Shown: positions 13,721 through 26,286 of the stretch, piece after piece
Position numbering within the stretch: position 1 is the stretch's first letter
How the letters are laid out: every line of letters begins with the position of its first letter
Assembly (NCBI GenBank): GCA_032718475.1
Contig: JAUCBJ010007591.1
Span: 1-41,574 of the forward strand
Direction: 5' to 3'
DNA from: Nemertoderma westbladi
Taxonomy: Eukaryota > Animalia > Xenacoelomorpha
Length of the DNA: 41,574 nucleotides
Position numbers and translations under genes: made by a program
Notes under the pieces: model-generated
Told to the model about the DNA's origin: nothing
Databases searched by the model: none
Seen by the model: the letters and a program-made list of their open reading frames with translations, nothing else

Positions 13721-15339
13721 TTATTAACATTTTCCGTCCAGATACCTTATTTTCCAGTTTGCCAGAACGCTTAGACGTTTGCTATACTATATACTACTAC
13801 TACAACTGCTATTTCGAGTGCGCTCGGCTCGGGCAACATTTGCAATGTAAGCAGATAACGTAAACTAATCAATAACGAAGTTTGTTAGATGGATGTAACA
13901 TATGATCTGCCACTTATATTTAAATGATAACTATTTACTTCATAGTAAATCCAATATGGTTTTTTTTATTGTTCACCCCGCGATGTATAATTTTGCAGAG
14001 AAAGCGTGAGATATAGAGCAATATAGGTTAATTATACTCAATGGCTCAAAAGGGAATAAAGCAATTTGTTCTTCTGAACTTCACCATATAATTTAACTGT
14101 GGTTGCACTTTACGAGTAACTTCGTATATCCCATGATTTTAATTTGCTTTATTGATTGCCATTTCAATTAGTTTATTTCATGTGCATAAGGGTTTTTGCT
14201 TCTTCAACAATTTCAGCAACACTTCATAATCAAAAGTCTCCTCATCAGGACTCCTCTACAGTCAGTCTCCTCTCCAGTTTTGACAAGCAGTGTGGATACC
14301 TACTTTTCCATCACTCATTTTGCCAATTAAGATAACAGATTGCTTCATTAACATAGCAGTTTCAGAGTTTCAGTGCAGTCGATAGCTGGGGCAGCGGTGT
14401 GGTGCGATAGTCTATCTATTTGGTTTTAATGAGTAGGTAGTTTATTTCAATGTGCGGAATCAATTTTAATTGTTGCCTCGCTGCCTTATCACTCATTCAC
14501 TTTGCCAAAATTCGATGATAATTCGATTGTTTCTTGGACTGATTTCTCTGGTTACTGTTTAACTTTTCAGCATGAGCTATTTTTGAAGTAGAGAATTCAG
14601 TCAGATTTCGTCTAAAGACCCGTTTTTACATTTTATTTTATAATTTTGAGGGTCGCGATATGCAGACTTTCATACATTTCTGTTTATTTTCTACAGGCTG
14701 TCATTAAACCAGTTGAGACCGGATCCTATTAAAAGAATTTTAGTTTTATGCGAAATTTCGAACTGCAGACTTGTGTTTTAACCAATAGGACTTATGGCAG
14801 ATTGTTTGTAGGGGTGTGAGCTGAGTCCATAGCAGTATAGTGTGTATGGGGGTTGTTTAACGACACAACTAACTCAAAAACAGTTTTACCTATTACACGT
14901 TTCCTATCATATCCAACTTCCACTATCTGGCATTAGATATAATAATTTCCTGTCCCAATCAGACTTTCACTATCTCTAAGACTGTAGCCTACAGGTGGTA
15001 TACCGCAGTGTAGAAAATTAATCCTTGGTAATGCTAGTCTTTCAGTTCCACAATGATTCACATACTGATTTACTTAATATAGACATTAAATCCAACAATC
15101 CTATATGTCAAGACATTAAGGCAATATGTGTGTATCAGACACTGCGCTGTGTAGCAGAATAACCTCTGTCTACATTGGATAATTTGTTACAGAAGGCAGG
15201 ACTACTGCGCCTCCCGACCACGTACCGTGAACACATGTGCAGGAAGTGTGGTCCATCATTACTGATTAGTTAGTCACACAGTTGTTAACATAGTACTATT
15301 GATGTGGAATGATACCGGAGATTTCCTTCCCTTTTAAAA

Positions 15340-15800
15340 ACTGAAAGAAACAAAACTGTAACCTGTTCTATTGACTTTCGATTATTGTTTTTGGTTAGAA
15401 TACTATTACTACTATCAGCATGCTGCATTGCAGCTGCATTATATATATTACATATACAACAGTATATTAAGAATGATGTGCCGGTTTGTCGACAAAATTG
15501 CGCCGCCACAACTCCCTATCACCCATGACATTTGCTAGATCATCCGCAACTTCAAGGCCAGTGTCCTTTAAGATGCGTCTCAAGAAAGTCATGGGCTGTC
15601 TACCATGCTTATTCACTCAATGAGGCCGCCAAAGAACATGATTAAGCAGTAAACACCCCCAAGGTTGTATAGAATCTGATTGGAGATGTGTTAATTGTAC
15701 TTGACACAGTGAACCCGTCACAATTGGTTAGAATATCGTGCCACTGTAACCTGCTCATTTCCATCAATTGATAATTTAACATTGAGGCGGGATATTAATA
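15340..15800 (+). mobile_element. MITE-like copy split by an RTE insertion
   Basis: AAAACTGTAACCTGTTC... (15353) and CGTGCCACTGTAACCTGCTC...GAGGCGGGATATTAAT (15737-15799) match the 690 family. Confidence 0.75.
15403..15723 (-). mobile_element. 5'-truncated RTE 3' end
   Basis: Reverse complement of the RTE tail. 12-bp TSD TTGGTTAGAATA at 15391-15402 and 15724-15735. Confidence 0.88.
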
Positions 15801-17215
15801 CGAGTCTTTAGTTCCCGCGGGTTTTAGTTTCATATTCCCTAACAAATTATTTCCCGAACAACTTGGTTCCTCAAGAAGCCGGATTTTTGTGCGGTTGCGG
15901 CTGCAGCCACCGCCACCCGGCCTTGTGCAGCCAACTCCCAGCATCCCATGATGACATTGAGCCACAGCTGAATTTCTGATTCAGTCTTATCAGCATCATA
16001 AAGATGCAGATTTTTACCGTAACTGTTGTACTTGTACCGGTAGTATAACTAACTGGTATTACGAACTGCATTCAGCATCAAAAACATTCATGGGCCTCCA
16101 ATCCGGAAGCCCTGCTTATACCCCAGATAGTAAAAGTACTGACTTGGGTATTTTGACTATAGTATAGTATTTGGGTGATGGTGGTTTATTGTTGTAAATC
16201 GAAACATTCCGCAAAGTTTATTATGGTATTTTTTCATTCGGGATTTTTGTTGTAATAATTTAACTATTATTACTGTAATGTTTTGGTTAGTAGTGTAATA
16301 AAATATTACAACATACAGAAACAAACAGAACACAATAAACCGATATTAAGCCTAGCGACTTCAGATTTACGTACACTGAGCAGTTGCACCTGCTTTTATA
16401 CAAAAACACCAACAGAATAGAATGCACATAACATATGGAATGTTTTCGATTGAAAGGAATTTTCTATCCAATCACAACTGTAAAGACTCCATATGGGGCG
16501 AGCCATATGCTATATGTTTGTAAACCACTACCGTATGTATATCACTACACCCCCTTCGAGCTCCGTAGGAGTTTATTATAACCGACGAGGGCGTCGCCGT
16601 TGCCGAGAAGGGGTAGCGAGTTCAGGGGCTGGTGTGGCTTAGTTTTGGAACCCAACGTACAGTTGTGTGTCCAGGTGGGGTCGACGCCCGCCGCGGTCAT
16701 GGGACTGGTGGACAAAGGGGTGTCCAGACCCGAATGGGGGGGGGGGGGGGGGGGGCGCACTGGAGAGTGGTTTGGAGGTGTCGACAAGGAGGAAATGTCG
16801 ATTTCTCGTCACGGTATGGCTGGAGGGGGTTCGCACCGTCTATTGCCGATTGGGCCCAACCTCGACCTCGACTTGTGTACACAGCCGTGCGAGTGAGTGG
16901 GGGTCCTGGATGACCACGGGGTCATCCGGGTCCGCAGGGAGTGATCGTACACCCCCTGCGCGGGAGAAAGCCTCATGTTTTTTTGTACATATAGAGAGTT
17001 TTTGTTTTGTACATTTTTTAATCAAATGTTGATGTATTTTTCACTAGGGTGGTAAAATAGAAAATGGAAGGAAATTCGAATGTTGAAGTTTTACACCACA
17101 ACAGAAAAATTATTCGCAGGCTATTTGGACAGCTCAATCAGTATTAAAAAGAGGACTCATCAGAAGCTATGTTACCAAAAGCATTACTTGTGATTCTGTG
17201 CCGAGATTCTATACA

Positions 17216-17629
17216 ATGCCCTTGGGATTCGCAGCTTGCATACTGTTAGGATTTTACCTTACAATGTCAAACTGCAACGTGGAAATAGCAAAATCGTCTA
17301 CACCTGGGAATATGAAACAATCAAATAATCTGGAGACAATCAACCAATCAGAAAAACTGGAATCAGGGAACAGCCAATTAAATCACCCCAATCAAAAACT
17401 AAATCAAATAGGAACATTCAGCCAATCCAATACAAAGACAGTTAACACCTTGCCTTACACTGGCATTCCTTTTCCAATTGCTTCCATTGTTTCTACTACT
17501 ACCCAAGCCCAAATTATTGGAGACGCGGTAGCCAATCAGATATCCAATCAATGTGTCAAGTGGGATGAGGTAATTATTGTAAAGATCCAGGATAATCCCA
17601 AATCAGTGTTGGATTTCTTTCATTCATTG
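17216..17629 (+). CDS. Coding exon 1 of a probable NMDA-type (GluN2/GluN3-like) ionotropic glutamate receptor: signal peptide and start of the amino-terminal domain
   Basis: Hydrophobic signal MPLGFAACILLGFYL. IASIV...DNPKSVL resembles GluN2 IAVIL...TDPKSII (recalled pattern). Phase-0 donor GTTAGT at 17630. Confidence 0.6.
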
Positions 17630-18320
17630 GTTAGTTGAGCAATAAATATTCTTATTATTAGCAGCTTTCATGCATGATTCCAGTAGTGCGTCTATTTAAC
17701 AATAATTAAAGTATTATTTAGGCGATATTCAAGTTGATACAGTATTTCTTTCCCGTTAATTTGGGCCAAAGAAAAAATGACTGTTGAAGTTCTTCTCTAA
17801 AACTCTACTACAAAATATACATAATTCCAATTTAATATTTCTTTAAAAAGGCGTTTCCCACTTTTGGGGTAAATATTTATTCATTAGCTGGCAAAATAAG
17901 GTAAGAATGTTTAGCTTCAGTTTCATCTCAATACCAAACAACAATCATGTCGTTGTTAGACTATGTTACTACCTAGGTTGCCGCAGCATTAACAATATCC
18001 GTTAATCCTTCCGCCTCTGTGAGGTCCCAATGTGTAATTGGTATAGAACTGGCAACTGGTTGTAATTGTCTATCTGGTTCTCCTATCCTGCGATAGTTAG
18101 GATCTAATAGGGTACTTAAGTAACTAGATGGTTAGGTTAGGTTAACCTAGTTAGGTCTAGGTTAGATTGTTAGTTATATAGTAGTGTTCAGTTCAGCCAT
18201 GGCCATGGTTGTGGACCGTTATTATTTTACTTATGTTATGCGGCACATTTTCGGCGCTGTGCTAATGACCGGGATCATTATAGTTGTATTTCATTTTGTT
18301 TTAATATTTTTTTATTGCAG

Positions 18321-18455
18321 ACTTTGAATCCTGACATTCGCATGCTGCTCATTTTCGCCAATGAGAGTGTCCTGGTCCAGTCTTTGCCTTTAGCTCACGC
18401 TCTGAGTTTACCTATTGTAGGAATCATAGAATCACACATGCTATTACCAATATCG
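18321..18455 (+). CDS. Coding exon 2 of the same receptor-like gene
   Basis: Strong acceptor TTTTTTTATTGCAG and donor GTGAGT, 135 nt, phase 0-0. TLNPDIRMLLIF...LSLPIVGI resembles GluN2 TLTPILGI. Confidence 0.68.
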
Positions 18456-18779
18456 GTGAGTTATTCAATAATAATTATACATAAAAAATACATCATCATT
18501 AATGATTTTAATTTTTGTTAGAATCACTGTTTTGTCATTTTTGCAACCCATTATAATTTACGATTGGTATTAATTAAGCGATATTGATTGGTTAATTTAT
18601 TAACCAATCACGCACGTATACACACTACACTTTCATAATTAAATTCTTTATTTTTGAACCTTAGGGGGGTGTACATTATATTGGTGCAAAATATTACGGA
18701 ATTGCTTTAATCATCAGAAATCTTGATGATGTTTTTAAATCCATGGATTGAATAAATTGATTTAATTTAAACTGTGAAG

Positions 18780-21400
18780 AGCACACAAATGGCCTCACAG
18801 GCGTCAGTTATTTCCTGACTGGCTGGAAGCCTGACTTACCGCCACCATTGAGATGTAATGGCCAACGATTATTTGAGTCCTATTCTTGATGGTCTTTCTG
18901 GACATTGATGATCTTTCTGGATATTGATGATCTTTCTGGACATTGATGATCTTTCTGGACATTGATGATCTTTCTGGACATTGATGATCTTTCTGGACAA
19001 ACCCTGGGACGCCAGGGAGGCCACATAGTGATGGGGAGAGGGATTCTTGAGTTGGAGGCTACTCTCAGACCAAACCAGCCATTATTGGTGACTCTGAGGA
19101 AAATCCCTAGACTAATCTCAGTTAACTCCCTAACATTAGGAAACCCAATGTAACAAAGCGAGCTGACAATCCTGCCAGACAACTTTGCTTTAGTGTGAGA
19201 GTGTACAAGAGCACTGAATGTGGGACTGGACAGAGTGATGAGGTTATAATTAAGTACATGGGAGGTGGTTGGTAACTTGCCCCCGCCTCAGCTGATAATA
19301 GTGATAATAGTGATAATGGTGTAATTGTTCTATTGTTAATCCAACTGCACATGCAGCATTGGATAAAATAGATCAATTCTCAAAAGGCATCTTCCGTTGC
19401 CATTTCTGATGTTCTTGAAGACTTGCTAAGAAGTTTCCTAAGATGTGGTAGGTGGTTCTGTTCTCGATGTGTGCTATTAAGCCACTTGTGTTGTCCCAGA
19501 AGAAAAGGTGGAAATGTATACCACAATCTTCACGCAGCTACTGATGGAGTAGATCAGCATTCATTCTTAACATTCGTGGGAGACTTTAATGCAAGTCTGC
19601 ATCAATCACCTACATCACTCTGGGTCTATAGCGATAGTGTTTCGAAATTCCGTCCATCTTCAGGATTTCATATCTGGAAATGGATTGTTTTCGGCTGGAA
19701 CCCAGTTCAAGAAGCGAACTGGAAACCTATGGACCCATTGTGGTCCGAGTGTTCAGAAGTCCCATATATACCATATTCTGTAGGAAATACAGAGGCTCTA
19801 TACAAGACCCTAAGGCATTTACACTTTGACCCCTTTCCAGTGATCACCGCCATATTGTGACCAAGCTAAGAGGTAGTCTGTGTGGTAGCAGAACAACGAA
19901 ATCTACCTGGCCGCAGCATGACTGGTCCTCTCTGTTGACAAGACAACAGTCCGGTGTGAGATCCAGCTTCACACTAAAGCTGAGCAACATGTATGAGGTT
20001 CTTGCCTCTGATAATCTGATGGAGCTTATCAATAAGTGGGTTGATGCCATTAACAATGCCGATGATAAAATGCAATCAGCCCAGGAATGGTAATCGACAA
20101 TCTGCTGACTGTGCGGAAAAGTCAACCAACCACCAAGGTTAAGACTGAGTGCATACAGCTGAATGCATCAAAGGTTGGAAAACCCACTTTGAGAAGATTC
20201 AAACCAATGACAGGGTATTGCTTTATAACTTTAAGGTACATCATGTATCTGAGTTTGTGCTCACAGAAATCCCCTCCCCATTGGTGACATCTTCTTTGCT
20301 GAAATCAAGACTACAGCAAGGAGCATCAAGTCCCATAGTGCTAGTGGAGTAGATTGCGTCCACATTGAGATCTTTGATGTTATTGAGTATTTGGAGCTCA
20401 TTTATTCTATTATCATGGACAAATTAGTCCCGTCCCTAAGAAGGGCAACCTAATTGAAGAACGATTCTTTTTGTGGAATTTCGTTTATCTAAATTGCTGC
20501 AAAGCTATACAATATTAAATCGCATCGGGGTTCCTGTTTAGAGACTGTTATGCGGGGTCTTTTGACCACCTTTATAAAGATGGGGTGATGGTAACACCCC
20601 CTACTGACACAAGAAGTAGAGGAAATCCAGAAAAGTACCTCACTGATCTAGACTTTGCTGATGACTTTGGGGTACTGTCAGAATCACTAGAAGGAGCCCA
20701 CAGGCTCTTCTGCTCATTGGAGCAGGTTGCTTCTAGTGTTGGTCTTTTTGAAAACTCCATAAAGACCAAAATTTTGACAGTGCACTTTGACAGCCCTCTG
20801 GAAACGTCTGATCGTAAGGGCATAGGCTTCAGGGATGGCTTGCTTGAGCACGTGGATGAATTCTTCTACTTGAGATCATGGATCCGGAATTCAGGTGAAG
20901 AAGACCTTTAGATACGTAAGGGGAAGGCATGGACAGCGTTAAATAGTCTGTCCAGGTTATATATCGAAGTCCAATAGAATACAACGAAATATCAAGGTTC
21001 GATTATTTATGGCAGTAATAGTACCAGTACTCTTATATGGGACTCCTATATGGTTCATTGTGTCAAGTACAATGAACACATCTCATCGGACTGTATACAT
21101 CATTAAAGGTGTTTCATTAGTTCACCCAAGCTTGACATTTGAACAGAGCCGCCCCCACTTTGCAGGGCATTGCTTTCGCCATTAGGACCAGCTAGTGCAC
21201 AATCTTCTGCTTTGGCAGCCTCATGGAGTGAATAGGCATGGCGGACAACCAATGACTTTATTGAGATGCCTCTTAAATAACTCTGCCCTTGAAGATGCGG
21301 ATGTCATGGGTGATAGCGATAGGGAGTTGTGGTGGCGCAATGCAGCTGAAGTAATGAAAATGATGCTGCTACAATGCAGCCTGCCGATAGTAGTAGTAAT
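18780..21400 (+). mobile_element. Long decayed RTE element (5' UTR, endonuclease, deleted RT, 3' end)
   Basis: VGDFNA (EN), PVPKKGN, DLDFADD (RT), LLWQPHG and (TAG)n tail. The 5' boundary is approximate. Confidence 0.85.
18887..18999 (+). repeat. 19-bp tandem repeat (GGACATTGATGATCTTTCT), about 6 copies
   Basis: Head-to-tail, near-identical units with no spacers. Confidence 0.95.
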
Positions 21401-21942
21401 CGTACTTACTAACTCAGACCTCGTGTGTTAAAGTAACAATAATTTCCAGCGTTAATTTTTTATTCCATATTTATTACCCATTGCCTAGAGGATGCAGAAA
21501 AGATTGCCTAATTGCCTAGTCAAGACAATAATCCCAATACGAATTGGCTTTGCCTGCCAGTATATAATTAATTGGGCTATATTCCATGCAGAATTAGTTT
21601 ATGAATGTGACTGACAAAGAAGTAACCAGCAATTAAGACAATCAACCTCTATCACCCCAATAAAATGGGACGACAAACCCCAAAGGGAACACACACAGCG
21701 GGGGTCAGAGGTTACACCTCCGGGAGGGAGAGAGTGACAGCAGCGGGGGGGGGGGGGGGAAACACTCCCAGAGAGATGGGAGGGTGAGAAGTGAGTTATT
21801 AGCCAATGGGGGGAAGGCATCCACTGAATAATGTAATACTGCCAACTAGTGAAATATATTACCAGTCATTGTGTCATTCCATTCACTTTTAGTAAGTCAG
21901 TTAGTTAGGGCAGTACCGTAACTCTTATCACCGTCTCCGTCC

Positions 21943-22064
21943 ACTGCCACCATCGTCATTCAGTTATTGCTATTTTTTAAAATAGCAATAACTGAATGAC
22001 GATGGTGGCAGTTTGAGCACAGGTTGAATGAGTACCGGTAATACCGGTACTAATTCAACCTGTG
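21943..22064. repeat. Two adjacent near-perfect inverted repeats
   Basis: 34-bp perfect arms at 21943-22012 and 23-bp arms with one mismatch at 22018-22064. Confidence 0.9.
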
Positions 22065-22499
22065 TTTATACTTTATTGTGATCATTATACATACCAAGGA
22101 CAATAAGACTCTCAATTAGAACTCCTTTCACATGCACACGGCGGGGACGCGTAGTTAAGACAACCGGATAAACCGGGATCCTCGGTGGATCCCGTCATAA
22201 AGAAGTTATAAGGTACTCATAACTGTGTGATGCTTTATCGTTATACTGTAGCAATATCGGTATTGAAATAGTGAATTAGACCTACAGTAGCCTAGTTGTT
22301 ATCCGCATGTCATTATTTTACATTTATATTCTAGTTCCTCTAAATACTCATTTATCATAAAATAGTATCGCATATTTTCTATTTTAGTTATCCGTTAAGT
22401 ATACTGTGCTACAGTACATGATTAATGTTATAATACTATTGATATAATGTCATATAGTTGTCGAAGAATATATAGAGGGAAAATATAGCGTAGTTAGAA

Positions 22500-22835
22500 T
22501 ATAGAATAGCCCGGACGTTCTAGAAATATTCTTAAGTAAATATGCAACATGCGGTTTCCAAGAAAATTTGTTGTCCAACCAAATTCCAAGAAATTTTGTA
22601 CTGTTTGAATAAATTTATTTTATGATTATTGATTTGAGGTGCTGGAATTTGGGTGGCATCTTTAGTTAAATTGGAAAATATGGTATATTCTGTTTTGGTC
22701 AAGTTAAGCGACAGACGGTTAAACATTAGCCATTCTGCAACTTTATATAGTTGGTTATTGGTGTGAGATATAAGTTCATTAGAATCGTGATTAAAATAGC
22801 ATAGAGAGTATCATCTGCGAATAGTGTGGACATTA
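22500..22835 (-). mobile_element. CR1/L2-type RT fragment
   Basis: TLFADDTL...AEWLMFNRLSLNLTKTEY motif. Confidence 0.8.
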
Positions 22836-23206
22836 GGGCGATCTTTTATTGGTTACAAAGTACAAAATACCCCAGGGATACTTTCTTTAGAGCTAACTTT
22901 CTTGGCCTCTCAGCCTGTTATGAGGGCACATTTAGTTCATTGGCGTATTTTGTTGTAAAGAGTAAAGGTAGGCTTTATCACTAATAATAGCAATAGCCCT
23001 ATTATCCACCAGAAAGAGGGACGTGTTTGCATACACAACGAGATGGGCTATTAAGTAAAACCTTTGGACACCAGACTTCCATTTATTTGATGGTGTGTTC
23101 ATGGTAAATTCGCACAATTATCTGCTAATTCAAAAGTTATTATTAACGGTGGAATTAATTATCGTTATAATATTAATTGTATTTAATATAATATTGTACT
23201 TTTACA

Positions 23207-24549
23207 ATGGGTGGAGGTTTTCTACGATTTGATATGATCCTGTTTTTATCTATATGTTCATTAATTATCTCTTGCCATTCGCTCATACGAGATGATACAG
23301 GGGACTTTGATGATAAAGCTAAAACAGCGTCGTTGAATGCCTCTCACCACGACTATTGTATCCTTGGAGCTGGACCTGCAGGTCTGCAAATGGCCTACTT
23401 TCTAAAATCGTCCAACAGAGATTACGTTGTTATTGAAAGAAATAACATGAGCGGCTCTTATTACACCAAATTCCCCAGACATCGAACCCTAATAAGCATT
23501 AACAAGCTGTACACCGGACAAGCTAACAAACGATTTAACGAGCGCCACGACTGGAATAGTTTACTGAGTGACAACGACGACCTAGTATTCGGGAAATACA
23601 CAGAACAAATGTTTCCCCAAGCTGATCACCTTATCACCTACCTCAATGAGTACGCCAATACCTTGAAACTGAACATTGATTACAACACCGAGGTAACCTA
23701 TGTATCTAGATTCAAGGACGATAATGCAGCCAATGTTGAAACATTTATTGCTTTCACAAAAACCCAAAGAGTGTATACTTGCAATAAATTCATTGTAGCC
23801 ACTGGATGGGCTTTGCCACACGATGGGGGTTTTAAGGAAAAATTTATCTTGGGGTATGAAGACATGGACATGGATGTTGCACAGTTCCGGAACAAACGGG
23901 TCCTTATTATTGGCAAGGGGAATAGCGCGTTCGAGACAGCCAATCATATCAGAGATGTTGCAGCTGCTATAACAATGGTTTCTAAGAGACGCCCCGTATT
24001 AGCTTGGCAATCCCACTACGTAGGTGATATTCGAGCGATAAATGCTGAGTTCTTTGATCTCTACCAGTTAAAATCTTTAAATATTGTAGCGCAAAGAGAT
24101 TTTAAAGACATAAAATTTGTTGTAAACAATAAAACCAATAAAATCTCGTTGGAAAAAGACCTTGTTGAAGCTGATGTCGTTCCTGTCAATGAATTCGATA
24201 AAGTTATCCGTTGCATCGGATTCAAATGGGATAACAGGATCTTCGGGTCTCGAGTTGCCCCTGGCAACGCGTTTCCAACCTCGGAGAAGTTTCCGAAAAT
24301 CGGACAGGACTTCCAAAGTCGGACGCCCGGGTTGTACTTCATTGGGACTATCGCTCACTCTCTGGACTATAAACTCTCCGCGGGGGGCTTTCTTCACGGT
24401 TACCGCTACACAGCCCGGTCTGTCCACAATATTCTAGAACAACGTTACCATGGAGTACAATGGCCGTCAAAGACTGTTCCTATGTATTCTATGGAAACCT
24501 ACATGATGAAGCGAGTTTCAGAAATGCCGGGACCATACCAGATGTTTAG
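23207..24549 (+). CDS. FOXRED2: FAD-dependent oxidoreductase domain-containing protein 2-like, exon 1
   Basis: Signal peptide, GAGPAG, FPRHRTLISINK, RHDWNSLLS, GKGNSAFE, HYVGDIRAIN and SAGGFLHGYRYT. Donor AG/GTAAAA, phase 2. Confidence 0.92.
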
Positions 24550-25119
24550 GTAAAACATTAACTACTTACATAATTGGTGAAAAGTAGAACTTCCCAGCGA
24601 TATGATCCGAGAGTATTTATGTACCGAACGTGCGCAGCGAGGGAGGTTACAATAAATACACTTCTAGGGCCAAAAGCACTGAATAGTACACTTTCCACAC
24701 AATAATTTTCATAATTTTGTTACATTATAGACTGTATCTCAACGTAGCGGCGTTCTGAATACTTAATTTTTATCTTTAATATTTTAATGTTTAGGACTAT
24801 TATTGAAATTCATATCCTATTTATGCAATTATTAATTAATTTCATTTACTGTAACAACTGTACGGGAAATAATGTTACACATAGCATAAGCATACAATGG
24901 CTATCATCAATGGATAATTTTTTGCAAGACATGTTCTAGAAGTTTATTGTTTCTAAGTGATTAATTTATTAGTTAGCTGTGTTACGAAATTACCACCAGA
25001 ACGTTGATAATTTGACATGTAATAAATTATGTTATTTGTTTGGAACCAACTCAACTATTTTATACAGTATCCCAAACATATCCTTACAAATCTGATTTAA
25101 TATATTTTGTCCTTATTAG

Positions 25120-25220
25120 TTTTCTTGGAGAGGTATTTGTTGTAAACAAAGATTCAGGAACGATGACACACTTTGCCGAATATCCATTAAGACTCTTACA
25201 TCGATTCCAAGAAATTACAG
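25120..25220 (+). CDS. FOXRED2: FOXRED2-like exon 2
   Basis: TTATTAG acceptor and AG/GTTGGT donor. Phase-compatible SFLGEVFVV...QEITG. Confidence 0.88.
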
Positions 25221-25890
25221 GTTGGTGTTGGTAGAGCTTCATTTATCATTCAACAAGATTTAATACCAGTGACACAGGCGAATACTGGAATTTTAACAAT
25301 TTCGGTTCAGTTTAACTTAGCCCCTTATTTCAGTTACAGTTTATCTACCGGTTAATATAAATTAAGTAGTGGAATCCCGTTTACTTTTATACATAGATAT
25401 ATAAGCGTTATGTTTATTAGTAAAAATTAAAACACTATAGGGAAGAGCTGCATGCTGATTGGTTACTTTCCTCTGTTACCCGGCAACATATAAGTTAAAT
25501 TTCATACTGATCATTTTTCCATGTTTCCAGAATGTTTGTGGTGTTTTCCCTTTGTTCTATATATTTTTTACTAAGATGCGCTGTGCGAGGTGTACATTTA
25601 GGATTACCTATTTAGGATAGTTAATAGGTTAAATTTCCTGCTTATAAATATTTTTACTGTGTTCCATCTAGTGTTTTCTTAATTCTCTTTTTCTCACCAA
25701 TCCTCTATCACGCTGGCTTGGTGCATAACAAAAATTGGGATAAATAATTTGATTGGAATGAAAGAACTGCCGATATAAAATTAATTTTCGTTAATTAATT
25801 GTATATTTTCATATTTTCATAATTTTAGTTTCAGTTTATTTCAATCATTTCAAATCGGTACTTAAATAATTCAGTTTTATTGTTATTCAG

Positions 25891-26077
25891 GATATCACAT
25901 GGGACCTTCTACAACAATGATAGTCCTTAATCTCGAGTATGGGAAGACATTTGGGGGTCCAGGAGCTGATGTTCTGAATACCAAACAGGTGCATGACCCT
26001 GCCCTCGCTCACACGGAAGATTTGCTGCACCCTGTCTGGTACTATTATTATACTCAACCTACAGCCCGCGATATGAG
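25891..26077 (+). CDS. FOXRED2: FOXRED2-like exon 3 (later exons not found in the window)
   Basis: TTCAG acceptor. LNLEYGKTFGGPG...LLHPVWYYY. Donor AG/GTGCGT, or an alternative GTAAGC at 26090. Confidence 0.88.
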
Positions 26078-26286
26078 GTGCGTCGCATTGTAAGCCCTCT
26101 GTACTTCACTTTTTGAAATATTTAATATAATATTTTTTTTTTACAATTTTACTTTCTAAAAAATTAGATATAAATATTCAATACATTATAGTAACGAAAT
26201 TTCGCATGTCTGAGTTTAGTCATTGATAAACTTTGAACGTTTAAGCTCAAGTCATTGCTATCTGGGTAATAGCAGTTCACGCCACG

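Larger units (their letters stand above)
7113..13834 (-). mobile_element. Near full-length decayed APE-type LINE (RTEX/L2/CR1-like) with Ulp1, ORF1 RRM, endonuclease and RT
   Basis: EN motifs SFNCRG, VQEHWL, SDHVP. RT motifs GVKQGSILSP and RADDILIV. 3' AATAAA plus (TAA)n tail near 7111-7130. Candidate TSD AACATT at 7107-7112 and 13835-13840. Clade assignment is tentative. Confidence 0.85.

Noticed and set aside
16545-17032. Multiple short ORFs in the GC-rich island
   Set aside because: Expected from high GC content and the G homopolymer. No recognisable protein.
18887-18999. CRISPR-like repeat array
   Set aside because: No spacers, no cas genes, eukaryotic context. It is a plain tandem repeat.
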